NCBI GenBank assembly: GCA_964592365.1 | Contig: CAZQDL010000002.1 | Span: 86,139-150,138 of the forward strand | Reading direction: 5' to 3' | From: an uncultured Candidatus Saccharibacteria bacterium | GTDB lineage: Bacteria > Patescibacteriota > Minisyncoccia > Phycocordibacterales > UBA1006 | DNA: 64,000 nucleotides | Shown here: one piece after another, positions 55,521 through 64,000 of the stretch | How positions within the stretch are numbered: position 1 is the first letter of the stretch | Layout: each line of letters starts with the position of its first letter | Position numbers and translations under genes: made by a program | Notes under the pieces: model-generated | Databases searched by the model: none | What the model was told of the DNA's origin: nothing | Seen by the model: only the letters and a program-made list of their open reading frames with translations

Positions 55521-55745
55521 AGTTTTTTTGTCCCTTATATATAAATGATAAGGTGGCTAGAATGGGTCAGCATAAGCTGATATACCCGTGATTAAATAAT
55601 AATGTATATTACGATCCTTCTTTAATCATTAACGTAAGAAAGAGATTGCTCCAAAGAAAAGCAATAAAAGGAGGTGTAATAGATACCAATAGTATAAATC
55701 AAGATAGGTGAAATGCAAGTAAAAAACCTCTTTGTAGAGAGGTCT

Positions 55746-58184
55746 TTACGGTAGCAATTTAATTGCATCTTCAAGAGTGAATGCTTGTATATCTACTTTA
55801 TCAGGAAGATATATACGTCTTAATCCTTTTTGGATATAGTATCCAGATTTTGATTTAAGAACTCTAATATCCTTTTTAGTTTGCGGATGTTTTCCTAAGT
55901 CTTTCGCTAGTTCAACTCCTTTAGGGAGAGCTTTTGCTTCATTGAGTAACGCAAGAGCTTCTTGAAAGGTGATGGTATATGGATCATAACCTGAACTTTT
56001 TTTAACTGATCTGAACTCTCTTCCATGTCCAACATATGGTCCGAATCTACCAACATTAGCTATAATCATTTCTCCTGATTCGGGATGTATTCCTAATTCA
56101 CGAGGAAGAATCAAGAGATGAATTGCTTGTTCTAATGTAATGTTTTCAGGAAGTATGTTTTTAGGCAGACTTGCGCGTTTTGGTTTGGGTAATTCTTTTG
56201 CCAAACGTATCATTTCTTTTTCTTTCTTGAGAAATTCTTTTTCTTCTGCTGTCTTTTTGTGGTCCTTTGGGAAAGATGTTTTTTTAGGTATCTTTGGAGT
56301 TTCTCCTAGTTGTACATAGGGACCAAATTTTCCATCCAAAATATAAATATTCTTTTTTGTCTCAGGATGAATTCCAAGTGGTGCTTCTTCCCCTAAGGCT
56401 TTTCCATCAATGGTAAGGGCTCCTTCACAGCTTGGATACTGTGAACATGACATGAATTTTCCAGCACGTCCGAGTTTATATACCATTTGAGCTTTACATT
56501 CAGGACAAGTAAAGTCCGAAGGAGCATCTCCAAGATTTGTTAATTTTGGAATATTTTCTTTTGATGCAACTACCTTCAAGAATGGAAAGTAAAAATCCTT
56601 GAGGGTTTCAACATAGGCTCGAGAACCTAGAGCAATTTCATCAAGTTGATTTTCCATGGTTGCGGTAAAATCATCTCCAATATATTGATCAAAATGTTCT
56701 TCAAGGAAACTTGAAACTACATCTCCAGTATCAGTTGGGATAAGAGTACGTCCTTCTTTTTCAACATATCCTCGATCAACAATGGTTTTAATAATTGATG
56801 CATAGGTTGAGGGTCTTCCTATTCCACGTTTTTCTAATTCCTTGATAAGGCCTGCTTCTGAATATCGATTAGGTGCAGTGGTATATTTTTCTGTACTTGT
56901 AATCTTATGAACTTTAAGAATATCTCCCTTGTTTACAGAAGGAAGTTCTACATCATCTCCTTTGCTTTGAGGGTCTGCTTTCAACCATCCTTCAAAGGTT
57001 ATCCTTACTCCATTACTTACAAAAGAAGGAATACTTCCGTCTTCAATATTTGCAAAGAGTTTTGTTCGTATCATTAACGCTGGCTTCATTTGAGAACTAA
57101 TAGTTCTCCTTCGTATCAGTTGATATAACTTACGTTCATCCTCAGTTGATCCTGCTTCTTCTAACATAATATTTGTTGGACGAATTGCCTCATGCGCTTC
57201 TTGTGCATTCTTGCTCGTAGTTTGATATTGAGTAACTTTTAAGTATTCGCTACCATATCGTTTTTCTACAAAACTGGCTGTTTGGGCTAGCGCTTGCTTT
57301 GATAGGGTGAATGAATCAGTACGCATGTAAGTAATGTATCCTGCTTCATATAACTTTTGAGCTGCTCTCATGCTTCGTGAAGGTGAAAAACCAAGTCGTG
57401 ATGATGCAGTTTGTTGTAGAGTTGAAGTTCTAAATGGTGGTTTAGGACTTCTTGATGTTTCTGATTCTTTAATATCAATAACAGACCATGTTTGAGATTC
57501 TGCCTTCTTTAGTATTTCATCAGCATCTTCTTTGTTGGTAAGTTCTTTACTACAGGTTAAAGGAAATGTTTCTTCCTTTGAACTAAAGATACCTTCAAGT
57601 ACCCAATATGCTTCAGGAACAAAAGCTCTAATTTCACGTTCCTTCTCCATGAGAATCCTTAAGGCTGGTGATTGTACTCGTCCAGCTGAAAGCCCATAAC
57701 GAACCTTTTTCCAGATAAGTCCAGATAGTTCATATCCAACCAATCTATCAAGAACTCTTCGTGCTTCTTGAGCTTGCTTTAGATTCATATCGATATCCCT
57801 TGGATGTTCAATAGCAAGAATAACGGCATCTTTTGTTACTTCGTTGAAAGTAACCCGTTTAATACGGGGAAGAGAGTTTTTCAGTTTTTGCTTGAGGGTA
57901 TCCTCTAGGTGCCAAGCAATTGCTTCTCCTTCACGGTCAGGATCGGGAGCAAGAATTATTTCATCTGCTTTTGAGGCTAGTTCAACGAGTTCATTGATAA
58001 CTTTTTGTTTTCCAGGTGATACAACATATCGTGGTACAAAACCTGCATTGATATCAATGGCATCATTGTTTGATTTAGGAAGATCACGTATATGTCCAAC
58101 AGATGAACGTACTATATATTCACTCCCAAGATATTTTTCAATGGTCTTTGCCTTTGAAGGGGACTCTACGATAACTAGTTTCAT
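55746..58184 (-). CDS. topA: DNA topoisomerase I
   Basis: Toprim MKLVIVESPSKAKTIEKYLG...VGHIRDLP, catalytic Tyr region, C-terminal C4 zinc ribbons (CPECKAQMVYKLGRAGKFMSCSQYPSC). ORF track start 58202. Confidence 0.93.
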   Translation of the reverse strand: MKLVIVESPSKAKTIEKYLGSEYIVRSSVGHIRDLPKSNNDAIDINAGFVPRYVVSPGKQKVINELVELASKADEIILAPDPDREGEAIAWHLEDTLKQKLKNSLPRIKRVTFNEVTKDAVILAIEHPRDIDMNLKQAQEARRVLDRLVGYELSGLIWKKVRYGLSAGRVQSPALRILMEKEREIRAFVPEAYWVLEGIFSSKEETFPLTCSKELTNKEDADEILKKAESQTWSVIDIKESETSRSPKPPFRTSTLQQTASSRLGFSPSRSMRAAQKLYEAGYITYMRTDSFTLSKQALAQTASFVEKRYGSEYLKVTQYQTTSKNAQEAHEAIRPTNIMLEEAGSTEDERKLYQLIRRRTISSQMKPALMIRTKLFANIEDGSIPSFVSNGVRITFEGWLKADPQSKGDDVELPSVNKGDILKVHKITSTEKYTTAPNRYSEAGLIKELEKRGIGRPSTYASIIKTIVDRGYVEKEGRTLIPTDTGDVVSSFLEEHFDQYIGDDFTATMENQLDEIALGSRAYVETLKDFYFPFLKVVASKENIPKLTNLGDAPSDFTCPECKAQMVYKLGRAGKFMSCSQYPSCEGALTIDGKALGEEAPLGIHPETKKNIYILDGKFGPYVQLGETPKIPKKTSFPKDHKKTAEEKEFLKKEKEMIRLAKELPKPKRASLPKNILPENITLEQAIHLLILPRELGIHPESGEMIIANVGRFGPYVGHGREFRSVKKSSGYDPYTITFQEALALLNEAKALPKGVELAKDLGKHPQTKKDIRVLKSKSGYYIQKGLRRIYLPDKVDIQAFTLEDAIKLLP

Positions 58185-58281
58185 TGTCATCATTATTCTC
58201 ACAAAACATATTTTTATGCAAATGATGAATGAAGAATAAATAAAAAAAGAAGTAACAAAGGTGCTACTTCTTTTGGCCCAA

Positions 58282-58776
58282 TTAGGCTGCTTGTTTTTCT
58301 AAGAGGATCAATACCTCATCAAGAAATTTTTCTTCACTTGAATTATTTTCAGTGGCAGCAAGTTTTTCAATAACAATCTCTCCTAATGTTTTAGAAGGCA
58401 TTGATTTGATATAACTATAAATAGTTCTCAGCTTCTCATCGTTGAACATTCGTTCTTTGATTTCTGCTTTTAGGAATTTCCCAAATTTAATTGGATCGTT
58501 GAAATTATGACTAACTCTTTTTAAAAAGGGAATGATCATATTTTCTGCTTGAAAGATTTTTATCTTTTTTACAAAATCTTCAGGAGATATATCTTGAAAG
58601 TTTGTAGTGCTTCTAATAACTCCAACAACAGTTTCAACCTTAAGAACTTTTACTAATTCTTTTATTTCTTTTGGTTGTTCAATATTATTAAACAAAGCTT
58701 CAAAATTTTCTTTTGTGCCATATCGTGAATAAATTCTTTTTATCTCACGAATAAATAATTCTAGATGTATATTCAT
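58282..58776 (-). CDS. hypothetical protein between dprA and topA
   Basis: 164 aa, helical, no motif; occupies the slot held by smg in the enterobacterial smf-smg-topA arrangement, but no sequence similarity to Smg is evident. Confidence 0.4.
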   Translation of the reverse strand: MNIHLELFIREIKRIYSRYGTKENFEALFNNIEQPKEIKELVKVLKVETVVGVIRSTTNFQDISPEDFVKKIKIFQAENMIIPFLKRVSHNFNDPIKFGKFLKAEIKERMFNDEKLRTIYSYIKSMPSKTLGEIVIEKLAATENNSSEEKFLDEVLILLEKQAA

Positions 58777-58825
58777 TTTTTTTGGTTTTAAATTTAAATG
58801 AATAGTAAAATAAAATAGGAATATG

Positions 58826-59467
58826 TCAATTTAAATTGAAGTAGTTGATAATGTCCTTGCCTGAACATATTGCAACAGCACCTTCTGTGATAAGTTTGTT
58901 ACAACCTGCTGAATATTTGCTGAAGATGGATCCAGGAACAGCAAGTACTTCGCGATTGTAGTCATAGGCAAGATCTGCTGTAATTTTTGATCCTGATTTA
59001 TCTTCTGCTTCTATCACGAGTACTGCATGTGATATACCTGCCATGATTCTGTTTCGTTTTGGAAAACTCCAACGTTTAGGTGTAAACATATAATCATATT
59101 CGGAAATAAGGCATCCGCCTTTCTTTACAATATTTTGAGCAAGCATCCTGTTTGAAGGAGGGTACAGTACTTCTTCTGAAAGTCCTGATCCTAAAACAGC
59201 TATCGTTGGAAGACCATATTCAAGTGCATAGGTGTGTGCATAGGTGTCAATTCCTACAGCTAAACCAGAGACAATAACAACAGGATAATCCTTTAATTCT
59301 TTGATAATAGTACGGCATACCTCTTTGCCATAATTTGTTGCATTTCTTGACCCAACAATAGTAAGAAAAAGATGATGTTCTTGATCAGGATAGGTACCAT
59401 TTATATATATCTTTTTAGGTAAATCAGGTATTTCCTGAAGTAATTTTGGTATATGAATTTGCTGCAT
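58826..59467 (-). CDS. dprA: DNA processing protein DprA/Smf (Rossmann-fold core only, 213 aa)
   Basis: TIVGSRNATNYGKEVCRTIIKEL...VIVSGLAVGIDTYAHTYAL matches the DprA core GSR.....G...A......G..vvSGlA.GID..AH. Confidence 0.85.
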   Translation of the reverse strand: MQQIHIPKLLQEIPDLPKKIYINGTYPDQEHHLFLTIVGSRNATNYGKEVCRTIIKELKDYPVVIVSGLAVGIDTYAHTYALEYGLPTIAVLGSGLSEEVLYPPSNRMLAQNIVKKGGCLISEYDYMFTPKRWSFPKRNRIMAGISHAVLVIEAEDKSGSKITADLAYDYNREVLAVPGSIFSKYSAGCNKLITEGAVAICSGKDIINYFNLN

Positions 59468-59548
59468 ATATTAGGTATATATCTGAGTTTCTTTAAAACA
59501 ATATAAAGCTTGCACAAGGTTTCATACAAGGCTACACTTACGAGTATG

Positions 59549-60820
59549 TTAGATATTAAATTTATCAAAGAACACCCACAGCTTGTTAAAGATGCTGCAA
59601 GAAAAAAGCATTTGAATGTTGATGTTGATTTACTGCTTAGCTTAGATGAACAACGACTTTCTCTTCTTCGGGAGATTGAATCACTAAGAAGTGAACAAAA
59701 CAAAGAATCAAATCTTATCGCATCAGCTCAAAGTGAAGTAGAAAAAGTTCAAAGGATTGAAGAGGTTTCTAAAATAAAAGAAGAGTTGAAGAAAAAAGAA
59801 GATGCCTATAAAGATATTGTTGTTCCTTGGCAGAAACTTATGTATGCCATTCCTAATATCCCTGATATGTCTGTCCCTGAAGGTTTTTCAGACGAAGACA
59901 ATGTAGTGATAAAAACATGGGGAAACATGCCAACACTAGATTTCGAAGCAAAAAGCCATATTGATATTATGGAAGCACTTGATTTAGTTGATTTCAAACG
60001 TGGTTCAAAAGTTCATGGTTTCAGAGGGTATTATTTGAAGAATGATGCCGTACTTCTTTCTTTCGCTATATGGCAATATGCTCTTAATTTTTTCGCTCAA
60101 AAAGGGTTTAACCCAATGATAGCTCCAGCTATTGTAAAAGAAGAATATCTATATGGAACAGGACACCTTCCAAATGATGCAGAAGATGTTTATATAACTC
60201 AAGATCAAGATTACCTAGCTGGTACCGCTGAAGTTCCTGTAATGGGATATCATGCTGATGAAGTATTGGAAATATCACAATTTCCTATCAAATATCTTGC
60301 ATACACTCCTTGCTATCGTCGAGAAGCAGGATCACATGGAAAAGATACCAAAGGGTTGATTCGTGTGCATGAATTCCAAAAGTGGGAACAGGTAGTTTTG
60401 TGTGAAGCGTCTCATCAGCAATCAGTTGATTTCCATGAAGAGTTAAACAGAAACACAGAAGAATTTATCGAATCACTGAATATTCCATATCAAACCGTAT
60501 TGAATTGTGGTGGTGATCTAGGGCAAGGTCAGGTAAAGAAATACGACATTGAACTATGGGTTCCTGGAGAACAGAAATATAGGGAAATATCATCTGCATC
60601 ATACTTTAATGATTTTCAGACACGCCGATTAAATATTCGTTATAAAGATAACGATGGTGTTATGAGATTTGCTCACTCATTGAATTGTACGGCAATTCCT
60701 ACTCCACGTATTTTAGTTTCACTTATTGAGAATTTTCAACAAGCAGATGGAAGTATCGCTATCCCTGAGGTACTGCAACCATATATGCAAGGGAAAAAAT
60801 ATATCAAAAGCCTGACATAA
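59549..60820 (+). CDS. serS: seryl-tRNA synthetase
   Basis: N-terminal coiled-coil MLDIKFIKEHPQLV..., class II motifs (FRGYYLK..., TPCYRREAGSHGKDTKGLIRVHEFQKWEQV, GSIAIPEVL). ORF track start 59510. Confidence 0.92.
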   Translation, partial: LDIKFIKEHPQLVKDAARKKHLNVDVDLLLSLDEQRLSLLREIESLRSEQNKESNLIASAQSEVEKVQRIEEVSKIKEELKKKEDAYKDIVVPWQKLMYAIPNIPDMSVPEGFSDEDNVVIKTWGNMPTLDFEAKSHIDIMEALDLVDFKRGSKVHGFRGYYLKNDAVLLSFAIWQYALNFFAQKGFNPMIAPAIVKEEYLYGTGHLPNDAEDVYITQDQDYLAGTAEVPVMGYHADEVLEISQFPIKYLAYTPCYRREAGSHGKDTKGLIRVHEFQKWEQVVLCEASHQQSVDFHEELNRNTEEFIESLNIPYQTVLNCGGDLGQGQVKKYDIELWVPGEQKYREISSASYFNDFQTRRLNIRYKDNDGVMRFAHSLNCTAIPTPRILVSLIENFQQADGSIAIPEVLQPYMQGKKYIKSLT

Positions 60821-60852
60821 TTTGCAGGCTTTTGATATGATAGATAACAGAT

Positions 60853-61692
60853 ATGTCACGAAAGAATTTTAACACTCCTGAATACACTAAAAGAAAAAGA
60901 ATGCGAAACATTCTTTCTGTTAGTATTTTCATAGTGCTTTTTTCTGCTTTGATCTATCTTGTAAATATTCCATATTTCAAAGTTAAAAGTATTGCTGTTG
61001 TTGGACAGCAAACTATTACTACCCGACATCTTGAAGAAAGTATTAATGAATATCTAGATGAATATTGGTTTTGGGTAATACCAAAAAGAAATATACTCTT
61101 CGTTATCCCTCGTAAATTAGATGAACGGTTAAAAAAAGAATTCTCTAAAATATATAAAGTAGATATTGATGTTGATGTTGATACATTACGAGTTGGTATA
61201 GAAGAGAGGACACCGCATTCTTTGTGGTGTACGAATAAAGAATATACCTCTAAGTTTAACCAAGATTGTATGTTTTCTGATCAGCGAGGTCTCCTGTATG
61301 CTCGTGCTCCATATTTTTCTGATAATGTGTTTCTAAAGATATTTGTTCCAAAACGAGTAAAACAAGGTGAACGATATCTTAAGCCAAAAGCTTTTGAATC
61401 ACTGTTTTCTTTTTTAGATGAACTTGAAAAAGAAAAAAATATTTCATTACAATCAGTGGTTTTCCTTGAACACAGTGATCTTGAGCTATATATCAATCGA
61501 ATTGGAGATACTGTATTTCAAGAGAAACCAAGTATACGAATGAATATGGATACTTCATATGTACAGTTAAAGAGAAACATCAATGTTGTTTTGGAGCAAC
61601 CTGATTTTATTGAAAAGTTTAGTGTGAATCCTCAAGGTTTAGTTTCCATTGATTTACGATTTGATGATAGGGCATTTTACCAATACCGATAA
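60853..61692 (+). CDS. FtsQ/DivIB-like cell-division protein (TM + POTRA-like)
   Basis: Cytoplasmic basic N-terminus, TM (ILSVSIFIVLFSALIYLV), then YFKVKSIAVVGQQTITTRHLEESINEY resembling the POTRA start of FtsQ. Confidence 0.45.
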   Translation: MSRKNFNTPEYTKRKRMRNILSVSIFIVLFSALIYLVNIPYFKVKSIAVVGQQTITTRHLEESINEYLDEYWFWVIPKRNILFVIPRKLDERLKKEFSKIYKVDIDVDVDTLRVGIEERTPHSLWCTNKEYTSKFNQDCMFSDQRGLLYARAPYFSDNVFLKIFVPKRVKQGERYLKPKAFESLFSFLDELEKEKNISLQSVVFLEHSDLELYINRIGDTVFQEKPSIRMNMDTSYVQLKRNINVVLEQPDFIEKFSVNPQGLVSIDLRFDDRAFYQYR

Positions 61693-61693
61693 T

Positions 61694-62737
61694 ATGAATA
61701 CTAAAGAAGATAACAAAATAGTAATGGGATTTTGGGATACCTTACCAAAAGATGGATCTATCATTATGGCCCCTATGGCTGATGTTACTGATTCAGCTTT
61801 TAGGAAAATAATTGCAAAATACTCACGATGCGGACAAGAGGGTGGTGGTCCCGATGCTTTTTATACTGAATTCGTTTCAGCAGATGGATTAGCCTCACAG
61901 CAAGGAAGACCAAAGTTATTACATAACTTTGTATTCAGTGAACAAGAGCGACCTATCATGGCTCAAATTTTTTCTAATAATCCAAAAAATATGGAACAAG
62001 CAGCGGCACTATGTGTTGATCTTGGTTTTGACGGTATTGATATAAACATGGGGTGTCCTGAGAAAAATATATGTAAACAAGGAGCAGGTTCTGCCCTTAT
62101 TCAAACCAAGGAGCTTGCAAAAGAGGTCATTAGAGCAACGATAAAGGGTGCAAATGGAAAGATACCAGTTTCAGTAAAAACACGCGTTGGATGGACCCAG
62201 AATGAGATTGAAACATGGATACCAGCAATTTTGGAATGTAATGTTGCTGCTATTATCCTTCACGGAAGGACCCGTAAAGTCATGAGCAAAATACCTGCAA
62301 ATTGGGATTGGATACAACGTGCTTCTGAAATAGTTAAAGCCTCTGGAAAACCAACAAAAATAATTGGAAATGGAGATATTGTATCTTTGGAGCAGGGACG
62401 AGAATATATTAAACGATATCATGTTGATGGGGTATTGGTTGCTCGTGGAATCTTTGGAAATCCTTGGTTCTTTGATGCAGAAAAAACTCAAGTGACTGTT
62501 GAAGAGAAATTGCAAGTAATGCTTGAGCATACAGAAATTTTCTTAGAAGAGCTCAAGGACCACAAGAATTTTGCAGTAATGAAAAAACACTACAAAGCCT
62601 ACGTAAATGGTTTTGATGGTGCTAAAGAACTTCGTGTGAAGTTAATGGAATCAGATACTTATGAAGAAATAGTAGAACATGTACATGCTTTCTTGGAAGA
62701 ACATGAAGAAGTAAAAAAGGTAATGATTCCTTGTTAA
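61694..62737 (+). CDS. dus: tRNA-dihydrouridine synthase
   Basis: IMAPMADVTDSAFRKI, FDGIDINMGCPEKNICKQGAGSALI (catalytic Cys), PVSVKTRVGW. ORF track start 61649; ATG at 61694 abuts the previous stop. Confidence 0.88.
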   Translation: MNTKEDNKIVMGFWDTLPKDGSIIMAPMADVTDSAFRKIIAKYSRCGQEGGGPDAFYTEFVSADGLASQQGRPKLLHNFVFSEQERPIMAQIFSNNPKNMEQAAALCVDLGFDGIDINMGCPEKNICKQGAGSALIQTKELAKEVIRATIKGANGKIPVSVKTRVGWTQNEIETWIPAILECNVAAIILHGRTRKVMSKIPANWDWIQRASEIVKASGKPTKIIGNGDIVSLEQGREYIKRYHVDGVLVARGIFGNPWFFDAEKTQVTVEEKLQVMLEHTEIFLEELKDHKNFAVMKKHYKAYVNGFDGAKELRVKLMESDTYEEIVEHVHAFLEEHEEVKKVMIPC

Positions 62738-62768
62738 AGAAAGCTCTATTAGAATAGAGCTTTTCCTT
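62738..62768. terminator. terminator (gaaagctcta ttagaa tagagctttc)
   Basis: Read directly. Confidence 0.65.
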
Positions 62769-62973
62769 TTTGATTCTCATTAACAAGAAATGTATACACT
62801 TCATGTAAGGTTCGATGTATGGTTAGTTTAACCCTCTTTTTTCCTTGAGTGTTGATTATCGTGGAAGAAGAATGTGATTTTATTGATATTTTCGTACCGC
62901 TTTCAAGTACATACTCTTCGGGGTGTACAAGTGGTGATATATCAATAGTAACTAATGTAGTAATGGTAATCAT
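62749..62973 (-). CDS. small hypothetical protein (74 aa), doubtful
   Basis: Only ORF in a ~290-nt gap; its stop lies inside the dus terminator hairpin; no motif. Confidence 0.2.
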   Translation of the reverse strand: MITITTLVTIDISPLVHPEEYVLESGTKISIKSHSSSTIINTQGKKRVKLTIHRTLHEVYTFLVNENQKGKALF

Positions 62974-63026
62974 AGTATTTAATTTGTATTCCTTACAAGT
63001 ATACCGTAGTTTGATATACTAGGTCT

Positions 63027-64000
63027 ATGTCAGAACAACATCACGTATTATATAGAAAATATCGACCTGAAAAATTTAGCGAAGTTTTTGGACAGGAACA
63101 TATTGTGAAGGTACTTAAAGGTTCACTTGAGTTAGGAAATATTGGTCATGCATATCTCTTTTCTGGTCCACGTGGAACAGGGAAGACTACCATGGCACGT
63201 ATCATGGCACGTGAACTGCAATGTAGTGATACCGATATTATTGAAATCGATGCTGCTTCTAATCGTGGAATTGATGATATCCGTCAATTGAGAGAGGGAA
63301 TACATTCACTACCATTTTCTTCACCGTACAAGATGTATATTATCGATGAAGTACATATGCTTACCAAAGAAGCATTCAATGCACTTTTAAAGACACTTGA
63401 GGAGCCACCTTCACATGTTATCTTTATCCTTGCTACTACAGAACTACACAAAGTATTACCAACGGTGGTTTCTCGATGCATGAGTTTTGTTTTCAGAGCT
63501 CCAAGTAAGAATGTACTAAAAGAAATGATCAAGGGGGTGGTAGAAAAGGAAGGTTGTACCATTGATGCTCCTTCACTTGAACTCATTGCCTTGTTAGGAA
63601 ATGGATCATTTCGAGATACTCAGGGAGTATTACAAAAACTTATCTCATATACCAAAGATACAGCTATTACCAAAGAAGAAGTCGAACTAGTAACTGGAGC
63701 TCCTTCTTCTTTGCTAATTTCTAATCTTCTTTCCGCAATCAATGAAAAAGATATTTCAACATCACTTGATATCTTATCTGAGGCTCATGAACAAAATATT
63801 GATTCATTTATTTTTCTTCAGATGCTTACCGATGCTGTACGAAAAATACTATTCATGAGATTTTCAGAACAAGAGAAGGGAAGACTGAAAGATGAAATGG
63901 ATCCAAGTGAATATATTTTCTATACTGATCTTGCATCACAAGCAAAATATATTAACTCAAAACTTCTTGAAGAACTCCTGAATTCATATCAACATATGAA
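63027..64000 (+). CDS. dnaX: DNA polymerase III gamma/tau subunit, 5' partial (continues beyond window)
   Basis: LYRKYRPEKFSEVFGQEHIVKVLKGSLELGNIGHAYLFSGPRGTGKTTMARIMAREL... (AAA+ clamp-loader Walker A, SRC-like region). Not in the ORF track because no stop is reached. TTGATATACT 7 nt upstream of ATG. Confidence 0.9.
   Translation, partial: MSEQHHVLYRKYRPEKFSEVFGQEHIVKVLKGSLELGNIGHAYLFSGPRGTGKTTMARIMARELQCSDTDIIEIDAASNRGIDDIRQLREGIHSLPFSSPYKMYIIDEVHMLTKEAFNALLKTLEEPPSHVIFILATTELHKVLPTVVSRCMSFVFRAPSKNVLKEMIKGVVEKEGCTIDAPSLELIALLGNGSFRDTQGVLQKLISYTKDTAITKEEVELVTGAPSSLLISNLLSAINEKDISTSLDILSEAHEQNIDSFIFLQMLTDAVRKILFMRFSEQEKGRLKDEMDPSEYIFYTDLASQAKYINSKLLEELLNSYQHM

Noticed and set aside
1-64000. 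CRISPR arrays, rRNA genes, IS elements/transposases, prophage
   Set aside because: No regularly spaced direct repeats and no rRNA-like conserved blocks. No transposase, integrase or phage structural protein signatures in any frame. The only repeats are the pilin 5' cassettes and the intragenic S16 tail repeats.

Overview
This window reads as a low-GC (roughly one-third G+C), gene-dense bacterial chromosome, mostly core housekeeping genes on both strands. The mix of genes (many pilin paralogs, VanW, LTD proteins, small secreted proteins, short SMC) suggests a reduced-genome Patescibacteria/CPR-like organism, but that is inference only.

Recognisable genes, in order: rplM-rpsI; a PaaX-like regulator divergent from grpE-(SRPBCC-like)-dnaK-dnaJ; thrS; dgkA; dnaE; rnhB; rpmF; a NusB-Nudix fusion followed by rnc and a short SMC-like ATPase; a DD-carboxypeptidase; rnr; rpsP; an OmpR-type response regulator; cysS; secA; an M14-like peptidase; tmRNA (ssrA); six hypothetical genes; smpB; ftsH; recG; rplU; recR; dnaB; a TraD/VirD4-like ATPase plus an LTD surface protein; an ECF sigma/anti-sigma pair; VanW; ychF; rnj; topA; dprA; serS; an FtsQ-like gene; dus; and the 5' part of dnaX.

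RNA genes: tRNA-Ser(GCU), a second tRNA with an apparent UAU anticodon, a tmRNA, and one candidate novel structured small RNA after rpsP.

Four type IV pilin-like paralogs are scattered through the window as monocistronic units, each fenced by hairpin terminators.

A striking general pattern is an extended -10 element (TGnTATAAT/TGnTATACT) sitting 6-10 nt upstream of the start codon of many genes, which implies leaderless mRNAs. There are also many bidirectional hairpin terminators.

No rRNA, CRISPR array, transposase or integrase was seen.

The ORF track uses TTG and GTG as well as ATG starts, and several true starts are probably internal ATGs placed by the -10 pattern. The ORF track was taken as authoritative for CDS ends; RNA genes, promoters, terminators, repeats and the three small unlisted ORFs were placed by eye and may be off by a few nt.
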